Source of the DNA: Deltaproteobacteria bacterium
Lineage (GTDB): Bacteria > Desulfobacterota > Desulfarculia > Adiutricales > Adiutricaceae
Length of the DNA stretch: 64,000 nt
Direction of reading: 5' to 3'
Assembly: GCA_031263485.1 (NCBI GenBank)
Contig: JAISFS010000131.1
Location: 1,626 to 65,625, forward strand
The notes beneath the pieces were generated by a model that was not told where the DNA came from, searched no databases, and saw only the letters and a program-made list of their open reading frames with translations. The position numbers and the translations under genes are program-made. Of the stretch, positions 1-10,102 are shown in pieces; position 1 is the stretch's first letter; every line of letters begins with the position of its first letter.

Positions 1-23
1 GGTGCGACCGGGGGCCGTAGCCC

Positions 24-467
24 TCAGCGGCTGTTTTTCAGGATCTCCACCGCCTTGGCCACGAGGTGGGGGAGCGGCTCGCTCACGTGCCCCGCCAGCA
101 CGACCCTTTCGAGGGAGAGGGGTATGAAGATCTTCAGGATGTCCGCGGACATCACCGCCTCGGCGATGCCAGGGGTGATCTCGCCCATCATGGAGTTGGC
201 CCAGCCGGCGGCAATCGGCGCGACCAGCGCGTCGGCGCGGGCCAGCGAGACCCGGATCGCGTTCTCGCCGGTGGCCCCGCGGTTGGCTCTGGCCTTGAGC
301 ATGGCCTCGGTGGCCGAGGCGTTGGCGCCCAGTGCCCAGATCTCCACCGTCTCCTGGAACTCCCGGCGCATCTCCTTGATGACCGCGGCGCCGATGCCGC
401 CGCCCTGTCCGTCCAGGACCGCCACGACCGGGGCCTTGGCCTGCCTCAGGTGCCTGGTCTCCGCCAT
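24..467 (-). CDS. DUF3842-family protein
   Basis: 147-aa ORF. The motifs VAVLDGQGGGIG, GATGENAI, ANSMMGEITP and EPLPHLV match the DUF3842 pattern as I remember it. Third codon positions are GC-rich. Confidence 0.7.
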   Translation of the reverse strand: MAETRHLRQAKAPVVAVLDGQGGGIGAAVIKEMRREFQETVEIWALGANASATEAMLKARANRGATGENAIRVSLARADALVAPIAAGWANSMMGEITPGIAEAVMSADILKIFIPLSLERVVLAGHVSEPLPHLVAKAVEILKNSR

Positions 468-475
468 GGGCCCCG

Positions 476-796
476 TCAGTCCTTGACGGTCTTCTCAAGG
501 ACGGGGCAGGTCTCGGGGCGGCGGCGGTCGTAGTACTTCGGCTCGTCGCCCCTCCTGGTCACGTTCTCGAAAATGCCGTCGTCCACCCGCACGAGCTTGG
601 TGAATCCCATGTCGCGGAGCTCGCAGTCGAGCTTCCTGTCCTTCACCTTCGGGGCGCCGACGACCCTCTCCACGCGGGCCCCGCACCAGGGGCACTTGTT
701 GATGGGGAAGTCGTCCATGGGCTGTTCCCACCGGAACTCCGGGACCTTGGCGCATCCCGGGGCGTCCTCGGCGTGCCTGTAGATATAGACGGGCAT
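476..796 (-). CDS. FmdB-like zinc-ribbon protein, putative
   Basis: I chose the internal ATG at 796 (MPVYIY...), which follows GGAGGTAAG. The ORF-track start at 853 has no ribosome-binding site. It has a CPWCG ribbon half-site. The first CxxC pair typical of FmdB is missing, so the family call is tentative. Confidence 0.5.
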   Translation of the reverse strand: MPVYIYRHAEDAPGCAKVPEFRWEQPMDDFPINKCPWCGARVERVVGAPKVKDRKLDCELRDMGFTKLVRVDDGIFENVTRRGDEPKYYDRRRPETCPVLEKTVKD

Positions 797-1112
797 CTTA
801 CCTCCGGAAGTGTCCCTACCGGTACGGCGACCGGGGGCGGCAGGCGGGGGCACGGGGGCGCGGCAAGCCTCCCGGCGGGGACGGATGTGAAGGATCGGCG
901 CAAATGCCGAAACTTTCGGTATTATAAATGTTTCTCCCCTGAATTCAAGGCATCGCGGGATGCCGCCCAGCCGGAAGGAAGCCGGGGCGACCGAACGGCC
1001 CCGCCCGTCTCCATTCAGGGCGCGGACGGTCCCCCTGCCGGCTCGCCCGGAGTTCCGGGGTCGCCGGAGGCGAGTCCCCGCGTCTCCGGATTATCCAGGC
1101 GCCCGCGCCCGG

Positions 1113-1169
1113 CCAGGAGGCTCGGATTCCCCCGTGCCCGGCCGGAGGCTCGGATTCCCCCGTGCCCGG
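1113..1169. repeat. 28-29 bp tandem duplication (GGAGGCTCGGATTCCCCCGTGCCCGG) ending in a 10-bp GC hairpin
   Basis: Read directly from the sequence. The second copy runs into CCCGTGCCCG-gatttcag-(g)-CGGGCACGGG. Confidence 0.8.
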
Positions 1170-1466
1170 ATTTCAGGGCGGGCACGGGGGAGGCGCGGGG
1201 CGCGGCGGGTCCTTCGGACGAGGAGGCGGTCGCAGGGGAGGGGCCTTCGGGCCGCAAAAGATTTGTCCCTTGGGGGCGAATGTTATAGAATGCCATAAAC
1301 GGCAAGCGGTCGGGACCTGGCGGGTCCCTTTCGGGCCGGCTCCGGGAGCGACCGGGGCCTCGTGCCTCCCGCGCCTCCAGCGGCTTACGCGCGAGGCCGG
1401 TCGGTACGGCCTGGACATCGGTGACGGCGGAAACGCCGGTTCCTGCCGAGACTACGGATACCGCGG

Positions 1467-1574
1467 CATCGGCGGAAACGCCGTCGCCGGCGGAAAGGCA
1501 ATCATCGACTGAAAAGCAATCTTCGGCGGAAAAGCAATCATCGGCGGAAACGCAATCGACTGCCGAAACGCCGG
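1467..1574 (+). repeat. 18-bp tandem repeat, 6 units (consensus CATCGGCGGAAAAGCAAT), in the terD leader
   Basis: Units start at 1467, 1485, 1503, 1521, 1539 and 1557. One further isolated unit lies at 1423-1440. If translated from GTG 1421 it gives EKQSSA-type hexapeptides. Confidence 0.85.
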
Positions 1575-1609
1575 AACCTTCAGAAACTTCTGGAAAGGAG
1601 CGGCAACGC

Positions 1610-2185
1610 ATGCCAGTGTCTCTCGCCAAGGGCGCGAACGTCTCCCTGTCCAAGGAGGCCCCCGGCCTCAAGGCCGTGAACGTGGGCCTGGGCTGGGACG
1701 TCCGGGTCACGGACGGCGCCGCCTTCGACCTCGACTCCTCGGCATTCCTCCTGAACGAGGCTGGCAAGGTCCAGGATGCCGGAGGGTTCGTCTTCTACAA
1801 CAACCTCAAGAGCCCGGACGGGTCGGTGGAACACAGCGGCGACAACCGTACCGGGGCGGGGGAGGGGGACGACGAGTCCCTGAGGATCAACCTCGAGTCC
1901 GTGCCCCCGGGGATCCAGAAGATAGCGGTCACCGTGACCATCCACGACGCGGACTCCCGGCGCCAGAACTTCGGGCAGGTGTCACGGGCCTTCATGCGTG
2001 TGGTGGACGTGGCCAACGGCCAGGAGATTGCCCGCTTCGACCTCTCAGAGGACATGTCCACCGAGACGGCCATGATTTTCGGCGAGATCTACCGCCACGG
2101 CGGGGAGTGGAAGTTCAAGGCCATAGGCCAGGGATTCGCGGGAGGGCTCACCGCCTTGGCCGCCAACTACGGGGTGGACGTCTAG
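1610..2185 (+). CDS. terD: TerD/TerE-type stress protein (TerD domain)
   Basis: ATG at 1610 lies 8 nt after GGAAAGGAG. The protein is colinear with classical TerD: [59 protein letters not shown]. Confidence 0.9.
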   Translation: MPVSLAKGANVSLSKEAPGLKAVNVGLGWDVRVTDGAAFDLDSSAFLLNEAGKVQDAGGFVFYNNLKSPDGSVEHSGDNRTGAGEGDDESLRINLESVPPGIQKIAVTVTIHDADSRRQNFGQVSRAFMRVVDVANGQEIARFDLSEDMSTETAMIFGEIYRHGGEWKFKAIGQGFAGGLTALAANYGVDV

Positions 2186-2271
2186 CGCGATCGCGCCGCC
2201 GCGTCCCGCCCCGTGACCCCCGGCGCCGCGCCGCAGGCCTCCCCCGGGGCACGAAAGGAGTTTTCAGCGAA

Positions 2272-2847
2272 ATGGCAATCAATCTCGTCAAGGGCCAGAA
2301 GATCTCGCTCGAGAAGGAGTCCGGCGGCGGCCTGGCCAAGGTCGTCATGGGCCTGGGCTGGGACCCGGTCAAGAAGAAGGGCCTGTTCTTCTCCCGCAAG
2401 GTGGATATAGATCTGGACGCCTCCTGCGGGATGTTCGACGCGAACAAGAACCCGGTCGACCTGGTCTGGTTCAGCCAGCTCAAGAGCAAGGACGGGTCCA
2501 TCGTCCACACCGGCGACAACCTGACCGGCGAGGGCGAGGGGGACGACGAGCAGATCATAGTCGACCTCTCGCGGGTCCCCGCGAACGTGACGTCCCTGGT
2601 CTTCACCGTCAACAGCTTCAGGGGCCAGACCTTCAACGAGGTGGAGAACGCCTACTGCCGCATAGTAGACGCCAGGAATCAAAACGAGATAGCCCGCTTC
2701 ACCCTTACGGGCGGCGGCGCATTCACCGCTATGATCATGGCCAAGGTTTACCGCCACAACAACGAGTGGAAGATGGCGGCCCTGGGCCAGCAGACCGACG
2801 GGCGGACCATAAACGAGCTCATCCCCGGCATGGTGGCCACGCTTTAG
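2272..2847 (+). CDS. terZ: TerZ-like TerD-domain protein, paralog 1
   Basis: Motifs MAINLVKGQKISL, GLGWDPVKKKGL, HTGDNLTGEGEGDDE, TVNSFRGQTFNEVENAYCR and GRTINE match TerZ as I remember it. AAAGGAG lies upstream of the ATG. Confidence 0.8.
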   Translation: MAINLVKGQKISLEKESGGGLAKVVMGLGWDPVKKKGLFFSRKVDIDLDASCGMFDANKNPVDLVWFSQLKSKDGSIVHTGDNLTGEGEGDDEQIIVDLSRVPANVTSLVFTVNSFRGQTFNEVENAYCRIVDARNQNEIARFTLTGGGAFTAMIMAKVYRHNNEWKMAALGQQTDGRTINELIPGMVATL

Positions 2848-3165
2848 GGGCGGACGGCGGCTGGGCCGCCCCTCTGAGGATCCCTGCGGCTGGCCGGGGG
2901 CCGCGCAGTGCCGCTTTCGGCGGCCCGTGCGCTCTTCCCCGTGACGCTCTCCGCCGCCCGCGGCGGCTTTCGGGTAACGCGCCCACAGCGCCCCGCGACA
3001 TACGCGCCAGCGGGGTCCCGCCCAGCGGCTTATGCCACCGTTGCCCGTGCTGGCGCGTCCGGGCATTCCTCTCATGTCCTGCATGTCCCGGCGCGTGCGC
3101 CGCGCCCCGCCGGGACAGGCGATACGCGGCCGGCCATCCCGTCGGCCTACAGGGAGTTCAGCGTC

Positions 3166-3726
3166 ATGGCGATCAATCTGGTCAAGGGACAGAAAATCTC
3201 GCTCGAAAAGGAATCCGGCGGCGGGCTCGCCAAGGTCGTGATGGGCCTGGGCTGGGATCCCGTCGACCGGCCGGGCGTGGGCGACATCGATCTCGACGCC
3301 TCCTGCGTCATGTTCGACGAGGCCAAGACGCTGGTCGATGTGGTTTACTTCGGCCAGCTCAAGAGCAAGGACGGGTCGATCCTGCACACCGGCGACAACC
3401 TGACCGGCGAGGGGGAGGGGGACGACGAGCAGATCATAGTCGATCTCCCCCGCGTCCCCGCGTCCGTCAGGACCCTGGTCTTCACCGTCAACAGCTATCA
3501 GGGTCATAATTTCAACGATGTCAGGAACGCGTTCTGCCGCATCGTTGATTCGCGGAACAACAACGAGATCGCCCGCTACACGCTCACCGGCGGCGGCGAC
3601 TACACGGCGCTCATAATGGCCAAGGTCTACCGTCACAACAACGAATGGAAGATGGCCGCGCTGGGAGAGTTCACGCAGGGCGAGACGGTACACGACATCG
3701 GCGCCCCCCTCGTGAACTGCCTCTAG
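3166..3726 (+). CDS. TerZ-like TerD-domain protein, paralog 2
   Basis: The first 33 residues are identical to the 2272 paralog, yet the two genes differ at 11 third-codon positions over that stretch. The GDNLTGEGEGDDE motif is intact. Confidence 0.8.
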   Translation: MAINLVKGQKISLEKESGGGLAKVVMGLGWDPVDRPGVGDIDLDASCVMFDEAKTLVDVVYFGQLKSKDGSILHTGDNLTGEGEGDDEQIIVDLPRVPASVRTLVFTVNSYQGHNFNDVRNAFCRIVDSRNNNEIARYTLTGGGDYTALIMAKVYRHNNEWKMAALGEFTQGETVHDIGAPLVNCL

Positions 3727-3835
3727 CGGCGTTCCGGCGCCTGACGCGGAAACGCGCCGTGAATCCCCGAGCGGCGGCTCGCGGGTGACTCCCGAAGGTA
3801 GGCCCGCAGGGGGGCCCGAGAGAGGATATCTGAAA

Positions 3836-4393
3836 ATGCCAGTTGTGCTGAGGAAGGGCCAGAGCGTATCGCTGGAAGAGACCCGCGGGGCCGAGCTGGC
3901 CCAGATAATCGTCGGGCTGGGATGGGGGCCCTTCACATACACTCACTCGGATATTCCTGAACCGCGCTATTATTTCTTCGACAGGGCGAATGTCCTCTTT
4001 GAGGATGAAACGAACGGGGATCCCCCCGAGGACGAGGATTCCGGCTCCGGGAATCTGCCGGAACCGCGCGAAGTCAAAGAGGTGGACCTCTTGCAGTTGA
4101 TCTTCGCCGGGAAAAACGGGTTGCCTTATGTCAAGCACATCGTCTTTACTATCGAGGCGGCCGAAGGCGTGACTTTCCAGGACGTGAACGAGGTCCACTT
4201 ACGCGTCGCGGACCGCCGGAGCGGCACCGAGCTGGTCCGTTACAGCCTTCCCGGGGGCGGGCGCCGCCACAGGGCGATCGTCGTGGCCAGGCTCACTCAC
4301 CGGAAGGCGGGGTGGACCATGAAAGCCGTGGGCGAATTCGTCCTGAGCGGGAAGCGGGAGAGGCTCATGGAGGCCGTGAGGGCGTGCCTGTAG
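3836..4393 (+). CDS. Degenerate TerD-like domain protein
   Basis: It starts MPVVLRKGQSVSLEE...IVGLGWG like a TerD domain and ends ...RLTHRKAGWTMKAVGEF like one. It lacks the GDNxTGxGxGDDE motif and carries an acidic insert (EDETNGDPPEDEDSGSG). Confidence 0.6.
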   Translation: MPVVLRKGQSVSLEETRGAELAQIIVGLGWGPFTYTHSDIPEPRYYFFDRANVLFEDETNGDPPEDEDSGSGNLPEPREVKEVDLLQLIFAGKNGLPYVKHIVFTIEAAEGVTFQDVNEVHLRVADRRSGTELVRYSLPGGGRRHRAIVVARLTHRKAGWTMKAVGEFVLSGKRERLMEAVRACL

Positions 4394-4424
4394 CCATCCG
4401 GCGGGTCCGGACAGGGGGAGGCGC

Positions 4425-5489
4425 GTGACCGTCGCCTTATGGTTCAACCACGGCTTCTCGAGCCTGTACAACGTGATGGGCCTCCTGCGCGAGGGCGAGG
4501 CGGAGCTCGGGGGCTTCCCGGACGGGCTTAGGATTCTCCTCAGCCACTCCAACCCGGGCTTCGTGGCAAGGCCGCTCGCGGACACGTTTTTCCCCGAGCC
4601 CGCGGACACGGAGGGCCAGGGCTACGCCGAATGGTGCCTGGAGACCTGCCGCGCCAGAGGCGTGAGGCTGTTCTGGCCGTCCCGCCAGGCTGCGGCGCTC
4701 GCGGCCCGCGCGGAGGACTTCAGACGCGAGGGCGTCTCCTTGATGGTCCCTGCGGGCCCCGAGACCCTGGAGACCATGAACGACAAGGCCGCCTTCTACC
4801 GGGCCTGCGAGGGCCTGGGGCTTGGCCTCCCCCGCTACAGGGAGGCATGCGATCTGGCGTCTTTCAGGGAGGCGGCGGTCGAGATCCGGGCCGCGGGGCT
4901 CGCGGCATGCTTCAAGCCGGCCCGGTCAATCTACGGGCTGGGCTTCAAGATCCTCAAGCCCTCGGCCGACCCGCTCGTTGCGTTCCTGGCGAGCGATCCC
5001 GTGTCGGTTTCCCTGGAGGAGGCCCTAAGGGTCCTGGACGTTCCGCCCGAGAAGTTCAGGAAGCTCGTCGTGATGGAGCTCCTGCCCGCCCCGGAGTACA
5101 GCCTGGACTGCCTGGCCGCGGACGGGGAACTGATCTCCGTGACCGTGCGCGAGAAGCCGCTCCGCTCCGGCGCCCCGGAACGGCTCGTGCGCCACGCGGG
5201 GATGGAGGAGGCTGCCGCGGTCATGGCCCGCCGCTTCGGGCTCGGCAGGATCTTCAACGTCCAGTTCCGCTCGTCCCCCGAAGGCCCGAAGCTCCTGGAA
5301 ATCAACCCCCGCATGGCCGGCGGGCTGTACTTCTCCTGCCTGGGCGGCGTCAACTACCCGTACTGGGCTGTCAGGCTGGAGCTGGAGGACTGCCGCGGCC
5401 TCATACCGGAGCAGTCGACCGGGCTCTACGTGAGCCAGGCGTACCGGCCCTTCGCGTACCGCGCCCGCGGGTGGCCCGGGGAGGGCTGA
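4425..5489 (+). CDS. ATP-grasp domain protein
   Basis: 354-aa ORF with a GTG start 32 nt after the previous stop. The central and C-terminal parts look like an ATP-grasp fold (K.A.S.YG.G, E..P..EYS.D, LLEINPRMAGG). Confidence 0.65.
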   Translation: MTVALWFNHGFSSLYNVMGLLREGEAELGGFPDGLRILLSHSNPGFVARPLADTFFPEPADTEGQGYAEWCLETCRARGVRLFWPSRQAAALAARAEDFRREGVSLMVPAGPETLETMNDKAAFYRACEGLGLGLPRYREACDLASFREAAVEIRAAGLAACFKPARSIYGLGFKILKPSADPLVAFLASDPVSVSLEEALRVLDVPPEKFRKLVVMELLPAPEYSLDCLAADGELISVTVREKPLRSGAPERLVRHAGMEEAAAVMARRFGLGRIFNVQFRSSPEGPKLLEINPRMAGGLYFSCLGGVNYPYWAVRLELEDCRGLIPEQSTGLYVSQAYRPFAYRARGWPGEG

Positions 5490-6917
5490 GGGCGAGGAAC
5501 CGCCCGGACGGACGGGAGGGTCTTGTTGTGTCGAGGGGCGACCGGAGCCGATGCAGGGTTAAGGAACATTTCGGGCGGCTTTGGACCGCCGGGCACGGAA
5601 GGGCCGCTCACGCGCACGGGGGCGCGTGGATGCCCTGACGGCACTCATGCGGGGTTACCGCGAGCCGCGCATCCCTGCGCATTAGGCGCTTTCCCCGTCC
5701 CTCGGTTATCGGGCAATCCCGTAGAGGCCGGTTGCGCAGGCCTGAAACGGCGGGCTCCTTGCGGCATACAGCCCGAGCGTACCTGCGTGAGTGCGCTCTC
5801 GCATCGTGCCGGAACGAGCGGCTGCCGTTGCCATGGAATCGCGTCGGATGGGCAAAGCCGAAACGGCGCGGAATGTCGGACTGGGCCGCGACGGCCCGTA
5901 ACGGCGCCGCGGCCGCCAACAGTGCGGGAAAACCTTCAAGATACATCGGACAATCTGCTTGAGAGGCATGAATGATGCGTTCGCAAAAAGTCCAGAGACA
6001 GTGACATGCATCTCCTCCCACAGCCTCCGGATTTGCAGCACCCCACAATGGCCTCCGGGGGACGGCTCCCCCTCACGGTCCCCGGACCGGCGCCTCCGCG
6101 CAATGGCTCCGGGCGTCAGCCCCCGGGCCGACAGGTCCGAGCAACGGCTCCCGGCCCGGCGGTTCAGCGCATCGGAACCCGGATGGCTGAGCAAGTGGCG
6201 GGTGGAGGTGGGTAGGTCTCCCCCTATTAAGAATATTTTGGAGTTTTTGCGAACGCAGCAAGAATGACGAAACCGTAATAAGTCGGAACGACAACCCGGG
6301 GCATTTCAGTGTACCATTTTTCGGTGTATGACGTCCAAGCGCCCTGCAATGACCGCCGCCGCCCCCATCCTGCTCATCATCATGAATCCCCTGCCGACTT
6401 ATCACGATGGCGTCCTCCATGAGCTTTCCGCACCAGGAGTAAAGGGAGCGGCTTCGCCGAGCTGCCAGCCCATAAGGCTGACTCAGTCGATCCACCTTGT
6501 ACTGGATCCCTCTCCGGGTGATCCTTCGACGGGCCGTCTTTCCGGAGGCACTTCTGATGGACCTTCGCCGGTCCTCCTTGAGCGGCCTGAACATACCGGC
6601 GTACCTTCATAGCCAGTCTTCACGGACAGAGCTTCCGGTTTACCCGGTCGCGTCGTATATTCGTGATGGACCCGCTTCCATCGCGAATCAGTTCGCCCCG
6701 TCCTTCACCACGCCATCTCGACGTTTCTCGGGGTTGTGGCGCCGCGTGATAACTGCGGAACTCTACGGGAACGGATACCGGTCATTGGCGCAATCCTGTT
6801 CCGCTGTAACGGCCATGCAGATTCCCAACATCCCGGCAAATACAATAATCAGGTTGCAACACCACATGATGTATGCATTTTATTTTTACACAATAACATG
6901 CTCAGAAACTAAACCAC

Positions 6918-7013
6918 TGTCAACAACTTAAGAGGAGCGGTGCCTGGCAAGCAACTGATATCATTGATGAAAATATCTAAGAAACTGTTGATTGCTACCT
7001 TAAGTTGTTGACA
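6918..7013. repeat. Palindrome-armed element: 15-19 bp arms TGTCAACAACTTAAG / CTTAAGTTGTTGACA around a 66-bp spacer
   Basis: Read directly. It is homologous to 37070-37165, but the spacer is in the opposite orientation. Confidence 0.85.
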
Positions 7014-7350
7014 TTGGAAACTAAACCCATCTCTGCCTCCTGGATTTCTGATTTTGAGAGTAAGGGTAATCCTGACGCAAAGCAACTGAAGCCATGCTAA
7101 ATTCACAAACCGATGGCAATTGTTGGCGATTAGAGTTATAGTCCTCTTAAGGCAATGCCAGTAGGCAATTTATGGATCCATAAATATGTAATTATCCTTT
7201 CATGTGGGATCGAGCAACCATCCCTGACTTGATGGCAGGTTCCCACCAATAACGAACCGCCGCCTGACGGCTCACGGCCAATCCGCACTGGCACAGGCCT
7301 TGGCGAGCATTGACAGTTTGGCCAGCCCTGGCGGACGGATACAAAATGCA

Positions 7351-7379
7351 TTGACTGTTTCTCTGTTCCAATCTATCTT
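7351..7379 (+). promoter_or_regulatory. Sigma70-like promoter TTGACT-N17-TATCTT
   Basis: Hexamer match and spacing; it lies about 25 nt upstream of the ATG at 7404. Confidence 0.4.
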
Positions 7380-7403
7380 TATGTCAAGGGGAGGTTAGCA
7401 GAC

Positions 7404-7931
7404 ATGCCAGAACAAATCCGAGAAAACCAAGAGGCCAAGGAACTCCCAAATGGAGTTGGCGTTCCTCCAGCCACGCCTCCGCCCCAAGGCTTTTTCACTC
7501 CCTTCGAGATGCAATTGGCCGTGAAGATGGAGGGTTTAGAGAATAAGGTTGACCAGCTTGCAAAATCCCAGGACCAGCTCGCAAAATCCCAGGGCCAGCT
7601 GATCCTGAAGATGGAGGGTATCGAGAAAAGGGTAGACCAGATCGCTAAATCCCAAGACCAGCTGAACCTTAAGATGGGGGGTATCGAGAATAGGGTAGAC
7701 CAGATCGTAAAATCCCAGGAGAAGTTGGAACAATCCCAGGAGAAGTTACAACAATCCCAGGATAAATACGCGACCAAGACTGAGCTTTTCGCCGTTAGGG
7801 ACGTACTGACGGGAGAAATCAACACCGTCAAGAGCTCCATCAAAATCTTGAAGTGGCTTTTAGGAATCGCCATCCCGATTGTGACTGCAATCGCGATAAC
7901 CTTGATCAACTGGCTTCTCGCGAGAAATTAG
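7404..7931 (+). CDS. Tail-anchored coiled-coil protein with internal repeats (XhlA-like architecture)
   Basis: GGGGAGGTTAGC precedes the ATG. The protein has three roughly 20-aa repeats (LKMEGIEKRVDQIAKSQDQL) and a single C-terminal TM helix (WLLGIAIPIVTAIAITLINWLL). The region is AT-rich. Confidence 0.75.
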   Translation: MPEQIRENQEAKELPNGVGVPPATPPPQGFFTPFEMQLAVKMEGLENKVDQLAKSQDQLAKSQGQLILKMEGIEKRVDQIAKSQDQLNLKMGGIENRVDQIVKSQEKLEQSQEKLQQSQDKYATKTELFAVRDVLTGEINTVKSSIKILKWLLGIAIPIVTAIAITLINWLLARN

Positions 7932-10102
7932 GCGTTCAACCCTCTCTGAGAACACGGAAAATCCCTACGGCTACGCCGCAGATGAAGCCCGCCTCGACTG
8001 AAACCTCTGTCCCGCAAGTCGCCGCGCTGCCGTCGAATACATCGGTCCCGCCGGCTTCAGATACGGAACGAGCCACGGGCAAGCGAGACGGCTACGGACT
8101 CAGGCCTAGCCACTGATACGGCGCCTGCGGAACAGGAAATCCGAACCCTGACCCGGTGGTGAATGGAGTCACCCATGCGGAAGGCAGCGCGACAGACCGG
8201 TGCGGGATGCGCACGCCACGAATTCGCTTCGTTCGTTGGCATGACGGTCATCCGGCCGCCGGAACCATCGGGCGGGTATCTCCTCCGAATCGAGGGGAAC
8301 GTCGGCTGCATCAAGCCTGCCTTTCCCCTGCCGTTAGAGCCTGACCACGCGACGGCGGGAGGGGATCCCAGAACAGGGCGCTTCCCCTGGGCAGGGCCTG
8401 GGGTCGGGGCAGAGCCCGGAAACATCCCGGATTTTACTCTGGCGATCACGACGTTCCGAATACGATGCGGGAAGCGGAGTCGTCCCGGACGGTTTTTCCG
8501 ACTGCGGCGCGAAGCATGCACGGGAAACGTCCTCTTCCGGAAACGGGGCGGACGATCGGAATAGTCATATGCCTGCGGTCCTTCAGTCTGTGTGCTCCCG
8601 TTTGGTGGGAGTGAGCCCAAGCCGCCGTCTGGGGGGGATCGGTCAGGCCTGGAGGGGCAGGTCACTGTCGCGCGGGGGGATAGCCAAAGCCTTGAATGTT
8701 GACGGGATGCCACCTGCGGTGAACGGATACGTCACGAAGAAATGGTCCAGCTCCGGCCAGGCCGAGACCGTCATGAATGTGTGCGTGCAAGTGTATGAGC
8801 AGGGACGTTGACCGGACGTTTCCTCCTTCTTGAGCGGTCAATGCCGGAGTGGCGCCTGACCCCGGCGACGGTGAATTTCTGGGGGTTCTCAGACTCCCAT
8901 ACGGGGCTTTCGCGTTCGGTCCCTGTGAAGAAGTCCGCGATCGCCCCGATGCCCCGCAAGTCCCTCTTTCGGCTTTATCCATGACGCAACCGCAATAAGC
9001 CTGCGAGGGATTCATGTTGAAGAGCCGGATGTGGCGGTGGATGTCCAAACAGGGTGGCTGGGCAACCCTGCTCCAATGCCTGGCACATTTAGCCTTCACT
9101 TCGTCCTCCCAGTGACCAATGATCTGGTGGCGTTACCTGCCCCTGGTTGGCAGTCCGACTTATTACGGTTTCGTCATGAATTTCGGTGGATTCTGGGGGC
9201 ATGGGAATTTCTCGACCGTTTCGGCCGATTGCACGAGACCCGTTGGAAGCTGTCCGTTGGCAACCGCACGACTAAGCATTAGGCACGCTTTCCGGTGTGG
9301 CCGGGATTGCCTCGCGCCTTTCCGCACGAGTGCCTTCGTGTGCGCATGTGTTCGATGGCGGGTTTTTTCCTAAGCCGTTGCTTTTCGTCGGCTTTCGTCT
9401 TCGTGGCCGCGGGTTGAGCGCGTTTCAGGCGGGATTTCGGGTGGCGTCTTCACCCTGGCCGCTCGTGCCGCGACTCCTGTCCGACCGCTCCCGTGAACGT
9501 AAGGGGAGAGTTCCCCCGGTCGCTGCGTGAGACCGATAGCGGAGTTGCCGTCTCGCAAGGAGCCGCCATCGGATACTCTTTCTCAGTCCCTGCACCTTAT
9601 CGGGACATTTCCGTCTCGAAGGCCGAGCAGTTTAGCTGACGCGGGAGCCTGTTTGCCGTCCAACCGATGGGCCTGACGTCATTTCTTGGCTTTCGGTCAT
9701 TGCAATGCCAGGAGCGCGGCCATCCCTGCTTTCGCGTGGCAGATGACGATTCGCGATAAGCCGAGGCCTGAGATTTCTGCAAACGATTCGAAAATGCATG
9801 TCATGCTAGCCTGTCATTTCGTGAGGCGCCTAGGAGCCTGTTGCATAAAGGGTTTTGAGGAAGGATACGAGGATGGATGTGGCAGGCAAAAAGCAGTCCG
9901 TCTACAACTGATAGCGCCGTGGCAATGCAATTGTGAATTATGCTACAGGCCCCTAGGGAATGCTCCTGTGGCGCCAGTTGCGGAGGGACGAGTGGATTGG
10001 GCGACTCGAAGCCTGCGTGTGGCAAGATCAAGATAATCGTCAGGAAAGCATGGCCTCTCGGCTGAGGGGCGCACTACCTCATGGCAGCATCGGCATCATC
10101 GC

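Larger units (their letters stand above)
6264..9177. mobile_element. 2.9-kb segment bounded by perfect 24-bp inverted repeats; nature unknown
   Basis: ATGACGAAACCGTAATAAGTCGGA at 6264-6287 is the exact reverse complement of 9154-9177. I saw no transposase-like ORF and no clear target duplication. Confidence 0.3.

Noticed and set aside
1421-1609. N-terminal extension of TerD from GTG 1421
   Set aside because: A strong ribosome-binding site precedes ATG 1610 and gives a canonical TerD N-terminus. The extension is purely the translated 18-bp repeat. It is kept only as an alternative in the findings.
6073-6594. 173-aa minus-strand ORF as a recombinase or transposase remnant next to the 24-bp inverted repeat
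   Set aside because: The basic N-terminal stretch looked vaguely integrase-like. I could not align any catalytic or SAM-like domain motif, and the rest of the ORF is GC-shadow-like.
6918-7013. Integron attC site / gene-cassette array, together with 37070-37271
   Set aside because: The size and the palindromic arms are reminiscent of attC. However, the arm ends (TGTCAAC / GTTGACA) do not fit the RYYYAAC / GTTRRRY cores, no integron integrase is present, and the flanking genes are not arranged as a cassette array.
7404-7931. Prophage lysis cassette, based on the XhlA-like shape of the coiled-coil proteins
   Set aside because: No holin, endolysin, capsid, tail or integrase genes are nearby at either locus. 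Only the architecture is similar.
8100-9150. Group II intron or other large ribozyme
   Set aside because: The region is rich in hairpins. I could not find a domain V-like sequence, a 5' GUGCG in a sensible position, or a reverse-transcriptase ORF.
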